Assembly: GCA_964199315.1 (NCBI GenBank)
Contig: OZ116701.1
Location: 14,632,001 to 14,696,000 of the forward strand
Source: Orbicella franksi
Lineage: Eukaryota
Reading direction: 5' to 3'
DNA: 64,000 nt
A model generated the notes under the pieces. The model worked only from the letters and a program-made list of their open reading frames with translations. It made no database searches and was not told the origin of the DNA. A program made the translations under genes and the position numbers. How positions within the stretch are numbered: the first letter of the stretch is position 1; the number at the start of each line of letters is the position of its first letter. Below are positions 1 to 13,019 of the stretch, piece after piece.

Positions 1-575
1 AACTAAGCTCAAATTAAATAGTCTTCGTTTCAAAATACGGTGCGATTCAGCAGGAGACGAACTGTCTGGCTGTCAATTACCTGCTTGAACCATGTTGTGC
101 TTTTAAAGAGTACATATTTTACTGCTCTTGAAATTTTTAAGTTAATGCATTTAAAATTCCGATACTAAGAAAGATAAACATTTTTTCCTTGGAAAAGAGT
201 AATTCCATGTTGTATTTTTCTGTTTATAAGGTCTACAGCCGACAAAGATAACAAAATACTGAAAGTAAACAAACATGCACGCGCTGCCCCTTCAGCGATT
301 CTCAGTTACAAATGGACTAGAACAAAACATTGAAAGTTTTAATATTGTTCAAGAAACGTAAATTGTAACTTACATTAACCATTGTTGAAGTTGTACAGTT
401 TTGTACAAATGTTACTTTACGCGACATGCTTGCTGCAATAATAGTAAATGTAAACTGAAACTTTCATCAGACAAATGAATAAAAACTTGTGTTGTTTTTA
501 TATCAGATCAACAGGTTCTTTAGTTAACAAGGTAATTCGATTCAGTACAGAGCGAATAAAATTTAACTGACATAG

Positions 576-1653
576 CTACAAGATAAAGCTATAAAAACCA
601 AACATGTCCTCAGTAGTTATGAGTTCCAACGCCTCAAAGATTGCAACATGAATGTTTTCAGGCAATAGGCATCGAAATTCCTCCTTTAAAACAGTTTTCA
701 ATTTATTGAAAACGAATTCTGCGACATTGAATTCTGGTGAAAGGGATGGAGTGTAAATGATTTGTGCTCCCATGTGCAATAGCCATCTTTGCAAAATGTC
801 CCCAGTCTCGAAACGATGTGTGGCGCAATTGTCAAGAATGATATAATCACCAAATTCAATTGCTGGATTACCGAGTGTGGTTGTGGCTTGGCCAGCTTGA
901 GTGAAGAAATTGAGAAAATCTGTAGAATCCGACGCGCCCTCCACAGTGTTTGCATACAGTACTCCTTCCAGTCCACACAATAAGCTAAGCGTTGCATTTG
1001 CTCCTTTTTTATTTCCAGAAATTATTTCAACCGCTATTTCCCCTTTGAGAGAATTTCCATAAGCGGGGGTTTCCTGTCCCACTATGAACGCCAACCTCAT
1101 CGAAAAATTTAAGTTTTTCTGGTGGCAAAGCACTCAAAGTATTTAGAAACTGTTGACAGTAAACTGTGTTCACAGGGGTAAATTTTTCCACAGATGCCTT
1201 CGTCAGTCGTTTTCGAGTGTAAGGTCCTTCTGGCAGCTTATTCCTGATAACATTTCCGATCGCTGTCAAGGATGTTCCGCTGTCTAAAGTACTGTAGTTT
1301 TCAAGAACATCTTTAACCGATTTATAGGGAAGGGAAGGCTTCTCCTGTTTGAGAAATTCCATCAGTTCTATGTCCTCAGGCTTGAGGTGTGACGGATTAC
1401 CTGATAGTTTCTTCAAAGGCAAATGGTCACCCGTAGCGCACAAATTTTGCCATAACTTTGAAACAAATTGAGTTGACACTCTGAAGCGGTTAGCAACATC
1501 GGAAAACTTTCCTGGAAAGAACCCTGAGGCTGGATCTCCGCCTTCCGCCATAATGGAGTCGAGAACACTTCCTCTCAAACTTTCATCGATTGATTTTCCT
1601 CGGTAGTAACTTCGCCCTTTGCTGTTTACGGAGAACGCCATTCTTTGACTCAC
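576..1653 (-). pseudogene. Tc1/IS630-like transposase (DD37E), one frameshift
   Basis: ORF 1027-1653 has a paired-like HTH N-terminus and KFFDE (D1). ORF 576-1133 has IILDNCATH (D2) and SPEFNVAE (E), with 37 residues between D2 and E. A +1 frameshift lies in the C-run near 1065. Confidence 0.85.
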
Positions 1654-2153
1654 TCTATCGCGCTCTTAGGAATGTGACCATGTGAGTTCGTGTTTTTGGT
1701 TTGAAAAACCAAGCCACGTGACCTAAGTTGTTGACGTTTAGTGCCAAAATCAACTGTCACGCGTATCTTTCAGTTCGCGGTCTACCTGTTTCGGTAGTAA
1801 GACTTCCAACTACTCCAAAACACTGGGGGTCTCGCGAACCTTATTACCAAAGAAGTGTGCAGGAGATAAGCTGAAAACTCAACTCTAGACGAAACTTACC
1901 CATGAATATTCGGCCTTTCAAAAAAAGACGAAATTACCTTTTGCAAGCTCTAGCAATAGAGTACGCCAAGCTGTAACGATAACAGTAGTCCGATAACAAA
2001 CAGTCGAGTGACCTCTATTCTTGGTTTTCAGCTGATGTCATAAGTTTATGCAAATTAGGTTTCTGCCATGTTGGTGCCCATGCGAGGTGTTATGGAAATC
2101 TATGGCATTTCTAAGCGCTCGTGTTCAAAGTCTTCAAATAATTCATCTTTCTA

Positions 2154-4490
2154 ATGGATATTTCCCAAGAAAGCGACCCAAAATCACAAGATGAGATACC
2201 AGTGCTTTCATCCTACGTAAAAAACCTCGAAAGCCACGTCTGAGAGCGCTATTTGAAGAAATTTTCTGTGGTTGGCGTAGATCCAGCGGCCATATCGAGC
2301 AAACAGTTCAGCTCTGAATGTTTGCCTCCTATAGAAGTCTCGGACTTGCTTTCCTATTTAGTTTTGGAGACAAGCTATTACACAGACAAGCAGTTTAAGG
2401 CCATCAAAAGTTTGGAGGCGTACAACCAGATGGTCTCTGGTTTCGTTGTGTCAGTTCAAGGGAAAGAAATCGCGGGAAAGATTGTTGTTGTGGCCAAGGT
2501 GAGACATTCGCAGCAAATGAACGATTCTCTTGTGAACATTTGGATCATTGTAGAAAAGGACGGCACCATTATCTCTGCGCATTGCTTAGGCTGAAAGGCA
2601 GGACTGGCTGAATCCTGTTCCCATGTAGCAAGCGTGATGTTTTACATCGAAGCTGTGACACGGATTCAAGGAAAACTCGCCTGTACTCAAGCGAAATGCA
2701 CGTGGATTTTACCAACATATGTCAACGAAGTACCATATACAAAGGTAAGGGACAGACTTTTCATCAGCAAAAAAACTCAAAAGCGCGCTGGAACAGAAAA
2801 TCGAGACATCACATCAAAATACTGGGGAAGGAAGTAAAATCTTAGAAGAACGGTGTGATCAAACATTTGTATCTAATGCAACTCCATCAGATGGGGAAAT
2901 GCAGCAAGTCTATGCCAAACTAAAATTGATGCCATAAAGGCATATAAAGCATCCATGAAAGCACGTCATGTGAACTTCAAAGTCAAGAAGTGTGGGTTAT
3001 TCATCAACAAAGAGAATGCATTCCTTCATGCCACCCCTGATTTTCTTGTGTCGTGTGACTGTTGTGGCGGTGGATGTGGGGAAGTTAAATGTCCAATAGT
3101 CATCATTGATGGCAACTTTGATGACTATGTTCAACATAAACATTCTTGCCTGGCAAAAGTAAATGGGAATTTACAGCTGAAAAAGAGCCACAGCTACTAC
3201 TATCAAGTACAGCAGCAGCTTTTTTCAGTTCCAAATCTTCAGTATGATGACTTTGTGGTGTATGCCATTGATAAGGCAAAAAACAGTCACTTATTTGTGC
3301 AGCGTATATATCCAGATGTTCAGCAGTGGAACTTTGTTTTGCCTTAACTGGAAACATTCTGGAGAATATGCATTCTCCCAGAGATTTTGGGACGGTGGTA
3401 CACCTCAAGGTGCATAGTACCACCTACATTACCAAGCAAGGATGCCATTTGTTTTTGTTGAACAGAAAGAGATGAGGACAACATTTTGTGTAGTAACAAG
3501 GACTGCCCTTATCAGAGGTTTCACCCATCGTGTCTCTCATCTCCATGGCAATGCCAAAGACCTGGTACTGCCCTCACTGTTGCAGACTTCCTCAGTTCAA
3601 GAGGAAAAGGAATACCAGAAAATCCCCATGACCTACTGTTGTGTCAGATCATGCAGCGATGAAATGTGACAGCATTTGTATTTGCAAGGCAAAGCCTACC
3701 CCCACAGACAAGTTAGTTGAGTGCCATGAAGAAAGCTGCACAAATGGAAAGTACTTCCACCTTACTTGTCTTGATTTGAAGTGACTGCCAAACAATCACA
3801 GAACAACCTGGAAATGCCCTGCATGCAAAAAGATTGCTCCTGCCCAAGCTAACAACACCTCTACCACTTGTTCTTCTTTGTCAGATTCCTCCAGTAGTGA
3901 GAATGAAAGTCATGTCGTTATTATGAAAGTCACCCAGGGTGAAACTGATAAGACCAGTGCATTGGCAAATCTAACAGACTACCATTTTGATTTAATTTGT
4001 TAATCCTACTGGATGGATAGACTGCGATATCATCCAACAAGCTAATGTTTTATTACAGCTTGAGAATCCAGCAATCGCAGGTTTTCAGCGACCGACACTT
4101 GGCCCTGTTAGAAATTTTGATGTTGTTAGTGGTGAATTGGTTCAAATTTTGCACACTGGGAACGATCACTGGGTGTGTATTAGCTCAATTGGATGTGTGC
4201 CTGGATATGTAAATCTTTTTGATAGCCTCTATCATGACTCAGTCATAATTGAAGAAGTAGAGGAACAAACAAATGATTTATTAGGGGGACGTTTAATTGC
4301 TCTGGACCTGAAGCCAGTGCAGCAACAAAAAAAAAATGGCAGTGACTGTGGGGTTTTTGCAGTTGCATTTGCTACCTGTTTGGTCTTTGGAGTAGACCCC
4401 ACATTTATAAATTTTGATGCACAAGGTATGAGACCTCATTTGGCAACATGTTTAAGAAATGGCAGAATCAGCTTGTTTCCTTCATTTTAA
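2154..4490 (+). pseudogene. SWIM zinc finger + YqaJ/lambda-exonuclease + PHD + Ulp1-like protease (ISL2EU accessory gene)
   Basis: AHCLG*KAGLAESCSHVA (SWIM); CGLFI..FLHATPD..CDCCG.GCGEVKCP..YYYQVQQQL (YqaJ); C..DCPYQRFHPSC..WYCPHC (PHD); HWVC..LFDSL..QQ..GSDCGVFA (C48 protease H-D-Q-C). Multiple stops and frameshifts. Confidence 0.85.
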
Positions 4491-4640
4491 AAACATGTTT
4501 ATTTGACAACATTAAAAGGAACATGAAAAATCATCTGTAATTTTGTATAATATAATTTTCAGATATTTCAATTTTGAATCTGAGGCTTTGATTTAAAAGA
4601 ATTCAGACAAAGCCTTCACGTAGGATATCAGGCAGCTATT

Positions 4641-4779
4641 TGTGTGGTTCCAGAGAATATCAACACCTCCCGCATGAAAGGTTTTTCGTTTGAACCCCTC
4701 CCCCCCCTCCTCCCTGCCTTCCTCAAAATGTCCAATGACCTTCCATGGGATGGGTATAGATATTTTCTGGAAACACACA
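4641..4779. mobile_element. Short MITE
   Basis: Imperfect TIR TGTGTGGTTCCAGAGAATATC / GATATTTTCTGGAAACACACA. A related copy lies at 50663-50850. Confidence 0.65.
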
Positions 4780-6188
4780 TTCCCACCTCCCTAGGATGTA
4801 GCATACAGGCCCTCATGTGGCTGCAGCTGTGAAAATACATATACTGCATGACAGTGAGCATGGGACACCTGTGTTTCTTTTGTAGAAGAACACACAGCCA
4901 TACCATTACAGATGTAATAATCTATTGTGTTAAACAGCATGTTCAAATAATATCATTCTGTATCTTTTTCCTACAGAAATCATTATGTGTAAAATATATA
5001 GAACATTTATTTTAACAAATATTTTTTCACAGTTTTCGAAAGAACTAGGAAAATTAGAAATTGAAGTTATGTTATTTAATTCAATAAAGTTATGCCACTT
5101 GTTTACCTTGTTTGTGAAATATTCCAATTTTTTTCTTGCACTTGACAGTATAGATTGAAATCTGTTTGTAACAAACTACCTTAGCTTTTTATTACTTTTT
5201 ATGTAATGCAGTATCCAAGCAAGTACATGTAACAGAGTGCGTCACCCTACAAAAAGTACCTTAGGATATCAATCAAAGCTTTTATCATAAGTTTTCCTTG
5301 TTTTGTTGTTTTTTGTTCGTTTGAAAAAGCCAAATTCAAAGAAAATGTTATACCTAATCCTAAAAGGGGAAAGGACTTTTCAAAGGGCAGAGGTCATTAC
5401 CTAATTTTACAGGGGAAGTGAACCCTGTTGTAAACTGAGAATATCCAGTGGCCAGAGGGATGATATAAACAAGCTTTCATGTTTCCTTTACAAAATCATA
5501 CCACATACTGTATCTACTGTAAATCCTCTATTAAGCAACCCCTCTTTAGAGGAAGAAATTTATTAAGCCACCCCTCCCCTTGCACAAAAAAAAATACATG
5601 CCTTGTTACATGAAACTTTTGCAACACCTTTGTTTTGTGATTTTGAGGTTCGCAAATAATTTTTCACGACATTTAAATTTTGCAAATTTGCGAAAATTTT
5701 GCATTTTGAGTCACATTAATTTCACATTTTGGAGTGAGAAGATTTATTCTCTTGGCAATGTTATGCAAAAAGTCCTTGAATTATAAAAGGACTTTAAAAA
5801 GTTACACATTTCCAACAGCCCAGTTGCATGAATTGGTTTCACATCTTCAAAGTTAACTCCAATGTTTACTTTCTTTTGGACTTGCAAACTGCTTTTCAAT
5901 ACACTCAGTGGTAATAAACTTATTCTTTCTTGATTGTCATGTTCACAACACTTATTTTTCATGTCACTTAAATTTTGCGCTTTTAAAAAGATAAGGTGTC
6001 CCGAAAATTTCATGTAATTAGGTATCTTGGAAGCTTGTTGAACAAGCAAATTTGGAAGTAAAACTTTGCAGCTTTAACTCATATCAGGACCTAAGTCCTA
6101 ATACCATACCCTATTGTATCCCTGAAATAAATTAAAAACACCCAGGTGGTTTAATAAAAGACTTAACATATCTAAATGTGAAGTTGTT

Positions 6189-7716
6189 CTAATCAATTGG
6201 CACAATTGGAGGACAAAAATTAACTAGAGCTGCACAAACTCTTATCATATAATCCACCAATGCAGTACACCTGTCAGAGTTTTCATGATTACATATCAGG
6301 AAGTCAGTTGGCAATTTACCTTCCAGTATTGTAAACTTCCGTCTAAGAAGTCCAATGACATGTTCAACATGAATTCTAACATTTGCAATGCCTCTTGTCT
6401 CCTCCATGTCCACCGGGTCGAGCTGAGATTTACCCTTCGTGAAAGCTGGTATAACCAGTTAAGCATTTTTTAGTCCAACACTCTCAGTGATGGTGAATCC
6501 CCAGTCTGCCATCACCATGTCTCCTGGAATCAGTTTGTCCAGGAAGCCACAGTTCTCAGTTATGAATTTATCTGAGACACGACCTCCCCAGGCTTCAGAC
6601 ACATATGAAATAGTTCCTTGTGGTGTTATCCCTACCAGAATTTTGATTGTATTGTGATGTTTGTAACTTGAAAAGGTCTGTGCCCTGGCTAGCAAGTTTG
6701 AAGGCCTCTTGATAAATACTTCAAAGCAGTCGATCACAACAGTTGTTTTCTTTCCAAATGCATACTGGAAGCACTGGGGCATTGTTCTCCACAGTTGGTC
6801 CCTGTCTGGCCAGTACACAAAGCAAAATAACCTTGTGTCCATCGCAACAATCCAATGGGAAAATATTCTGGAAATTGTTGACACTGAAACAACAAACCGG
6901 TATGCAAGATTCTGCAACGGTGCATTTAGTCTTAGTTTCATAAGTACAATGATGAACTCTTGAAATCTGTTGAGCGACTGTGTTTGTCGTGTAACATGTG
7001 AGATGTGCTCGAAAACAGCCATTAGTACTTCCATAGGTGGTAGCCCAGTGTAAAAGCGAACTTTATCGTCAGTGTCGAAGAAATCCTTATTTGGGGCGTG
7101 ATATCTGCTTGACTGAAACATGTAGTCAAACTCAATGGTTTGGCACTCGGCGTCCTTAACAGTTTCTGGTTCGATTTCTTCACCTTCGCTAACTGCTATG
7201 GCCGCCAAATCAGAAGAAAAGGCCTTATTCTCTTTGTTTCGATTTCCCTCTTCTTCTATTGAAGTACTTGGCTGACTAAAGTCGATCTGAGCAACGGGAA
7301 GGCTGCTTTCCACCAGCTTTCGACGTTTTTCTGCCGCTTCACATTCTTGTTCGACCGCAAGTTGCTGTCGCTTCTTTGCCCTTTCAGCTCTCTCTGCATT
7401 CGCATCATGGCCTAATTTAGGGCGATGATCTTTCTTGCCAAGTTGCAATGTGGGCACCCAATCCATGTCATGCTTATGCCAGTATGGAGCTGGCTTCCCA
7501 GACACAAAATGCTTGCCACATACCCGTTCGATGTTAAGCATGTCTTTTGATTCTGTCTCCGCGACTGATCGCTTTTATCCATTTTTTTCTCCGCTCTGTA
7601 GTCAGTTCTTCTTCAAATTCTCCTTTGTTGGTTACCACTGAAGGTAATCGATAAAATCCAATCTGTTTATCTCGGTCACTTCTACTACCACGTCCAAAAA
7701 CAATGCAAAGAACCAT
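6189..7716 (-). pseudogene. THAP + HTH + DDE_Tnp_4-type (PIF/Harbinger/ISL2EU) transposase
   Basis: THAP-like [24 protein letters not shown]; catalytic [22 protein letters not shown]. Frameshifts near 7535 and 6460. Confidence 0.88.
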
Positions 7717-8421
7717 TTCAAGCTTCACTTTCTCACTGTGATCTCACTATTGAGCGCGTTTGTTTGGGCACCAACATCGTGGATAGCAACCGTCGTCAAG
7801 GCGGAGTTCATGTGGATGAAAACCAAGAATAGGAAACCTCGCTGAACCGTAATGCAAATGACAACCGGCTAACTTAGAAATTGGCAACAATGTCAAAAAA
7901 AAAATGGACCGGTTAGGTACTTGGAGAAATTTAGTCTAAAAAAAAAACTGGTTCAGCTTACTTTGACGTATTTTAGTACTCGAATTAACTCTGCAAGAGC
8001 CCAGCGATATTTAAGCCATAGAGATTGTAACGGAGAGTGCGAACAACAGTTATTACGAAGTTGCAAAAAAAGCAAGAAAAATTTGGGCATTGGGTGGCCA
8101 GCCAGTTTGGAAAAGGCGGGAAAGTAAATGCTGGCCGCCCGTCTCGGTCCATAAACATGCAAAAACAAGACTTGGCCAATATCCAGCCATTTTGACCTCA
8201 CACTTGGTCAACAACCCCTAAATATTACAAACAAGGCAATGACAAAAGCAAAACAAAAAACTGTTTGCACTATGTAATAGACAAATAACAAAAACTCATC
8301 ATAGGTTTACAATAGCATAATAATCCAAAAGCCAGTCTTGACACGTTAATCCTAGACTGGATCTCTGAGCAGAGTCAAAGAACTCGAAATCTTACGGCAG
8401 ACAAGATCTTATTGAACAAAT

Positions 8422-10243
8422 GAAGAAGCTAGTCATGAAAGGGGATAAGTGACGATTTTGGTTGCTTTTCTTTTTTCTTGCTCCAAATTAGCTGAATTTT
8501 TGCATGTGGTCTTCAATGTAATAGAAAAACGTGGTTCTGTATTTTTGTCGCTGGTTTTTGCTTTGTTTTCGAGTTAAAACGTAGGCAAAAAACTTGGGTT
8601 TTCCTAGCCATGTCTTTAGGAGTTTATTTGTTGAACAGCAAACAGGCAGACTGTTTATAGTGTATGAAGTCAAAACCAAATCCCACAGCATATAGAGCGG
8701 AAATCTGGGAACGGATTGTTTACACCGGTTATTGTGATGTGAACACAACACATGAATCGATCGAGCGTCAAACGAAATGCTATCAAACAAAAAAGAGATG
8801 TGCCATATTAGAGCTCTGTCAACTAATATCTTAAGCATTGTTTTAAAGTACCTTGTATGCCTACCTGGTGGTTGAGAGGCATCATAAAGCCTCGATAAAC
8901 CTGTAAGTCATCAGCACGTTTTAAAGAATCAAAATGTGTTCTGAAACTTTGAAGGCAGTTGATATACCATAATCGTGTTATCGGTGTTCGAAGTCAGGTC
9001 GAGCCAGGTAGCAAAGTCCAAGAGCAGTTCTTGCCCAAGAAAAATACGCTCTGGTGAGTTGTGGCCCATTTGCCAAGCGTTGCTAGCGTCAAAGTTTGGA
9101 AAGCGAGAACTGGTTTTAGACTTATAAAATTTGTCTTGTATCGACCACCATGTTTTCCTGCGCACGAGGTGTAAAGACCCTTCCCAGCGTGCATTGCGAT
9201 TACGTTCTGTGGACATTTCTCGAACTGGTAACTAGATTTAAACATAATAATGGCCAGCAAGTGGCGATCGATTGTAGGAGATCTGTGATCCAGTTTGCGT
9301 TGATTTTATTTCAAATCAGCATGATTTGTAGTGTTCTGAGCTTCTGGGATCAGGGGACATGCAGATGTATGGAGACCTGTACGTTGCACAGAAGGGTTAA
9401 TCTGTTAATCTGTCAGCCCTATTAATAGAGCGTTTTCACATGGAGTCATCAAATTCTTAAATCCAAAACTAAACAGCCAACAAAGTTGTTATCCTCATCA
9501 GGCATAAGAGGTACCAGCGCATTTTGAACTTGGAAGTTATGGCAGTGCGTGACATAAAGCTACGATCGCGTTTGTCGAAAACTATGTTTTATCTCGTGAT
9601 TTTTTAGCCATTGAAGACGTTGCCGTATTTGGAAAAGTTCTTATTGAAATGTTTATTTGTTTCATTTTATTTTTATTTACGCCTTTTTTTGACCTGAAAT
9701 CAACACTTTTGAGCTTATACGTTGCGTGAAATTGACATTTTGCTGCTTTCTAAGTGAGATCAAAGTCCCTGCAGTTGCGGTGGGCCAATCCTCTGTTATG
9801 ATAAACCGAGGCCAGACTTCAACTTATAACAAAGGCTTGGCTTGGTTATTATAACAAAGGATCGGCTCTGTTTATCATAACAAAGGCCCGGCTTCGTTTA
9901 TTTGCAGCCTCGGCGGGAAAAGGGCGTTAGGTATTTTAATCAAAGGTGAACTTTGTCGAAAACGCTCCAAATTCCGCATAGAGTTTTGTTTAGGTATGTT
10001 TAGCAATGTTGCGTAGTTTTTCCGCTAAACTTTGCTTCGTTTTCAGGATATTGCATATGTAAAAAACCACTCGGTTTTCCTAGCGGCGTCTTTATAAAAT
10101 GAAGCAAAAACCAGCAGCAAAAATACAGGAACACGTTTTTCTATTACATTGAAGACCACATGCAAAAATTCAGCTAATTTGGAGCAAGAAAAAAGAAAAG
10201 CAACCAAAATTGTCACCTATCCCCTTTTATGACTAGCTTCTTC
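8422..10243. mobile_element. Non-autonomous DNA transposon with ~140-bp TIRs and AAAT TSD (Sola1-like by TSD)
   Basis: GAAGAAGCTAGTCAT... (8422) is the inverted copy of ...ATGACTAGCTTCTTC (10243). AAAT occurs at 8418-8421 and 10244-10247. No transposase is recognisable inside. Confidence 0.7.
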
Positions 10244-12701
10244 AAATTATTTTCGTACGGGTTATAACCTTAGATGAAGGTTAAACTAAATATACAATGA
10301 ACTCACCACTTTAAAACGTTTTTCAAAGTTTTACAGATGTTTCTTCTGAAGTGACTGAATAAAATACCTGAGTAAAATGGTTGGCTAACGCTTGCACTCA
10401 TGTACTCTTCCACCACGACACAATATGGCCGACTGTTCATGTCCTGGTCTGAAAGTAAAATGCGTGTGCAAGCTCTTATGGGATTTCTGGCAGCTGGCGC
10501 TCTTGATTGCTCGAAGTTAAAAAAAATCTCGTGTTAAACGTCATTTTTGTGCCTTTTGTTGGAGACTAGTGAAGGTTTTCAGTACACTTGCAAGATTTTG
10601 AAGAATCCTTAGCTAACACTGTTGTTGATATTAGTTATGTTACACTCGGGTAGAATGCTACAGTTAATTTTGATGAAACGATACACAATCAAAGAAACCA
10701 AACAATGCAAACCACTCATAAAAGATTCCATTTTCTTTGTTTTCAGGGAAATGGTGTCACGTTGAAAGGTTTCATGTTCCTGAGAAATATGTCCAGGCTA
10801 TTTTGGCGGATATGGCGAATGCTTTTATCAACAGTGGAAGAGAAAAGAAGCATTTTTTCCCCCCTGTGTGGAGAGAAAAAGCTAAAGTGTATCACTACAG
10901 GGACTGAAGTCGATGATGTGATTTCTGCTCTTGGCCAGCAAAGTGCTGAACCTTTAAGTGCACCTAACCCCCAAATTTTTTTCGCGAAAACGAATCTAAA
11001 TGTTATTTGAAATACTTCTGCGAAAAAAATTTTGGATTTGGTTAAATCGTCAATTTTCTGTGCCCCAATGAAATCTCGAAAATAGCCCCAAAACACTGCC
11101 ATTTGTTTCACGACTGAGTTTGAGGAGAATGGGTCTAGCGGCTGTTGTGACGTCTACCCAGGAAGGTCGAATATCTCACGTCCTCTCATTTCCTTTAGGA
11201 TGGTGCATTACACATTCGAAAACTGCGCAGAAATGCCTTCCAGAAGTGCTAATGGCTTTTGCAGCAGTATCTCAGATCTAGAACAACATATACTGTACAA
11301 TTTACTGGTGATGATCGGTCAATGGAACAATAGAGACATAAACAATGGTTGATTTTGTCAAACCGAAACAAGCGAACGGAGTCTGTGAGAAACATTGAAG
11401 AACTCTCATTGGAATTTGTTCCACAGACTTTCAGATGCTATTTTCAAAATTTTCTGCTTAAAGCCAACTAGCAATTTGTCGAAATACTATCGACAACCTA
11501 TATCTTCCAGTCCTGCACTATTTATCACATAGCCGGCAAAGTTGTGTGATCAATCAAGAAGCGTTACGACCAAATATACTCATGTGTAAATAGGTCGCAA
11601 CTGTATGCCGCCAACCTGCACTTATTTCTCTTTCCATTTAGATAAAAGTTGAAGATTAATCCTTTAGAATTACATGATAACAAAATTGTTACACTGACAG
11701 AGTTTTTCAAAGGTTTGGAAATCAGTAGTGCGACAAACATTCTATACATTAGTGTCGAAAATATGACTGTGTAACATCAGCGGACCGCTTAGGGAACACA
11801 TCCTTTTTGCTTATCCGATGAATTTCACCGCAAACTTTGAAAAAAATTTACCCTGGTTACTTGGAGTTAGGACTTAAAACGTGTGGCAATGTGAAATCGG
11901 TAATTGTATGAAATGTTTCCTTCCACCTTGCTTCCTGTTGCTTCAAAAATACAGGTCCAAACAATTCTATGATTTTCAATTGCTCGAAGCCAGTGTTTTG
12001 GAGGTCATCAAGTCTTGAAAACTGCAACACTTACGTCGCTCTTGTATACATGAAGCATTCCAGAAAGTAAAACACAAACTGGGTTTAATAGCACAACCTA
12101 CCTTGACAAAATACATTCTTGCTAAGGACAAATGTAAACGGGTTATAAACACACATGGGAGTCTTGTGTTTAGGTGATGAAATTACCATCCAAAGCAGTC
12201 CTTCAGTTTTCTTTCCTGCTTTTCGTTTCCTGGCTCCTCCACTTCGTATCTAGTGGACTAGTCGACCACCCATCTTAAGTGATCATGACCACTTTTAGAG
12301 CTAAAATTTGTAAATTTTCTTTTGTTTTTAACCTCCAGACAGTAAGCAATTACTTGACAGATTCTGATAGAACAGAAATTGGATAATAAGGTCTTGCAAT
12401 GTTATCGCATTCCTGGGTAGTACTAGAGATGGAAATTTTCTCAATGCGAAGTAGCAGCCGTTTTTTCCCCCAAAAGTGACTTCACAGGGATAAGACATTT
12501 AAAACATGGTTAAGTCTCTGCAGTTTTGACCCAATATGCTAAGCTCTCATAAGTGACAGCCACCTGGACTTGACATTTTGGGTGCTCGCTTACAATTGTG
12601 AGATGTTCGACATAGTTGGTACTGAGTTGTGTATGTATAGTTTGCAACGGGATAAAAATGTGAAGGTCAGCGTTTTAACTCTAGGTTAAGCATGAATTGT
12701 A

Positions 12702-12934
12702 AGTGTGGCTTCCAAAGGGCATAACTTATTAATAACTGGCCAGGCTGGAACTGGAAAATCTACCGTAGTTGAAGAGATCATTGCAAATCGGAGTGCTGCT
12801 GGTTTGAAGGTTGTGGTCTGTTAAAGCGGAATTGCGTGTATTGTTTATAATTCCGTGGTTGCATCTACAGTGCATTCCAACTATGGCCTTGGCGTTGCTG
12901 ACCTGCCTCGGAAGCAACTTGTTGAGAGGTTGAG
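12702..12934 (+). pseudogene. PIF1-like helicase, N-terminal piece (Walker A)
   Basis: KGHNLLITGQAGTGKSTVV...ASTVHSNYGLGVADLPRKQLVER, with one internal stop. Not in the ORF track in this frame. Ends exactly at the left TIR. Confidence 0.85.
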
Positions 12935-12962
12935 CATGACGAGCTTTGCCCAAGAAAAAAAT
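12935..12962 (+). repeat. Left TIR CATGACGAGCTTTGCCCAAGAAAAAAAT
   Basis: Reverse complement of 37829-37856 with one mismatch. Confidence 0.9.
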
Positions 12963-12982
12963 GTGTGCAAATTAGGTTAATA

Positions 12983-13019
12983 ATAAGCCATGGGTGGATT
13001 CAACACACCCATGGCTTAT
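12983..13019. repeat. Perfect 14-bp hairpin just inside the left TIR
   Basis: ATAAGCCATGGGTG-9 nt loop-CACCCATGGCTTAT. Confidence 0.85.

Larger units (their letters stand above)
2019..7828. mobile_element. ISL2EU-type (PHIS superfamily) DNA transposon, full length, decayed
   Basis: 12-bp perfect TIR TCTTGGTTTTCA (2019-2030 / 7817-7828), each end flanked by AT. Convergent YqaJ-type nuclease gene and THAP-DDE transposase. Shared subterminal ATGTTGGTGCCC at both ends. Confidence 0.88.

Noticed and set aside
230-1990. TA-CAGC termini for the Tc1-like element
   Set aside because: The match is only 4 bp beyond TA and is not significant.
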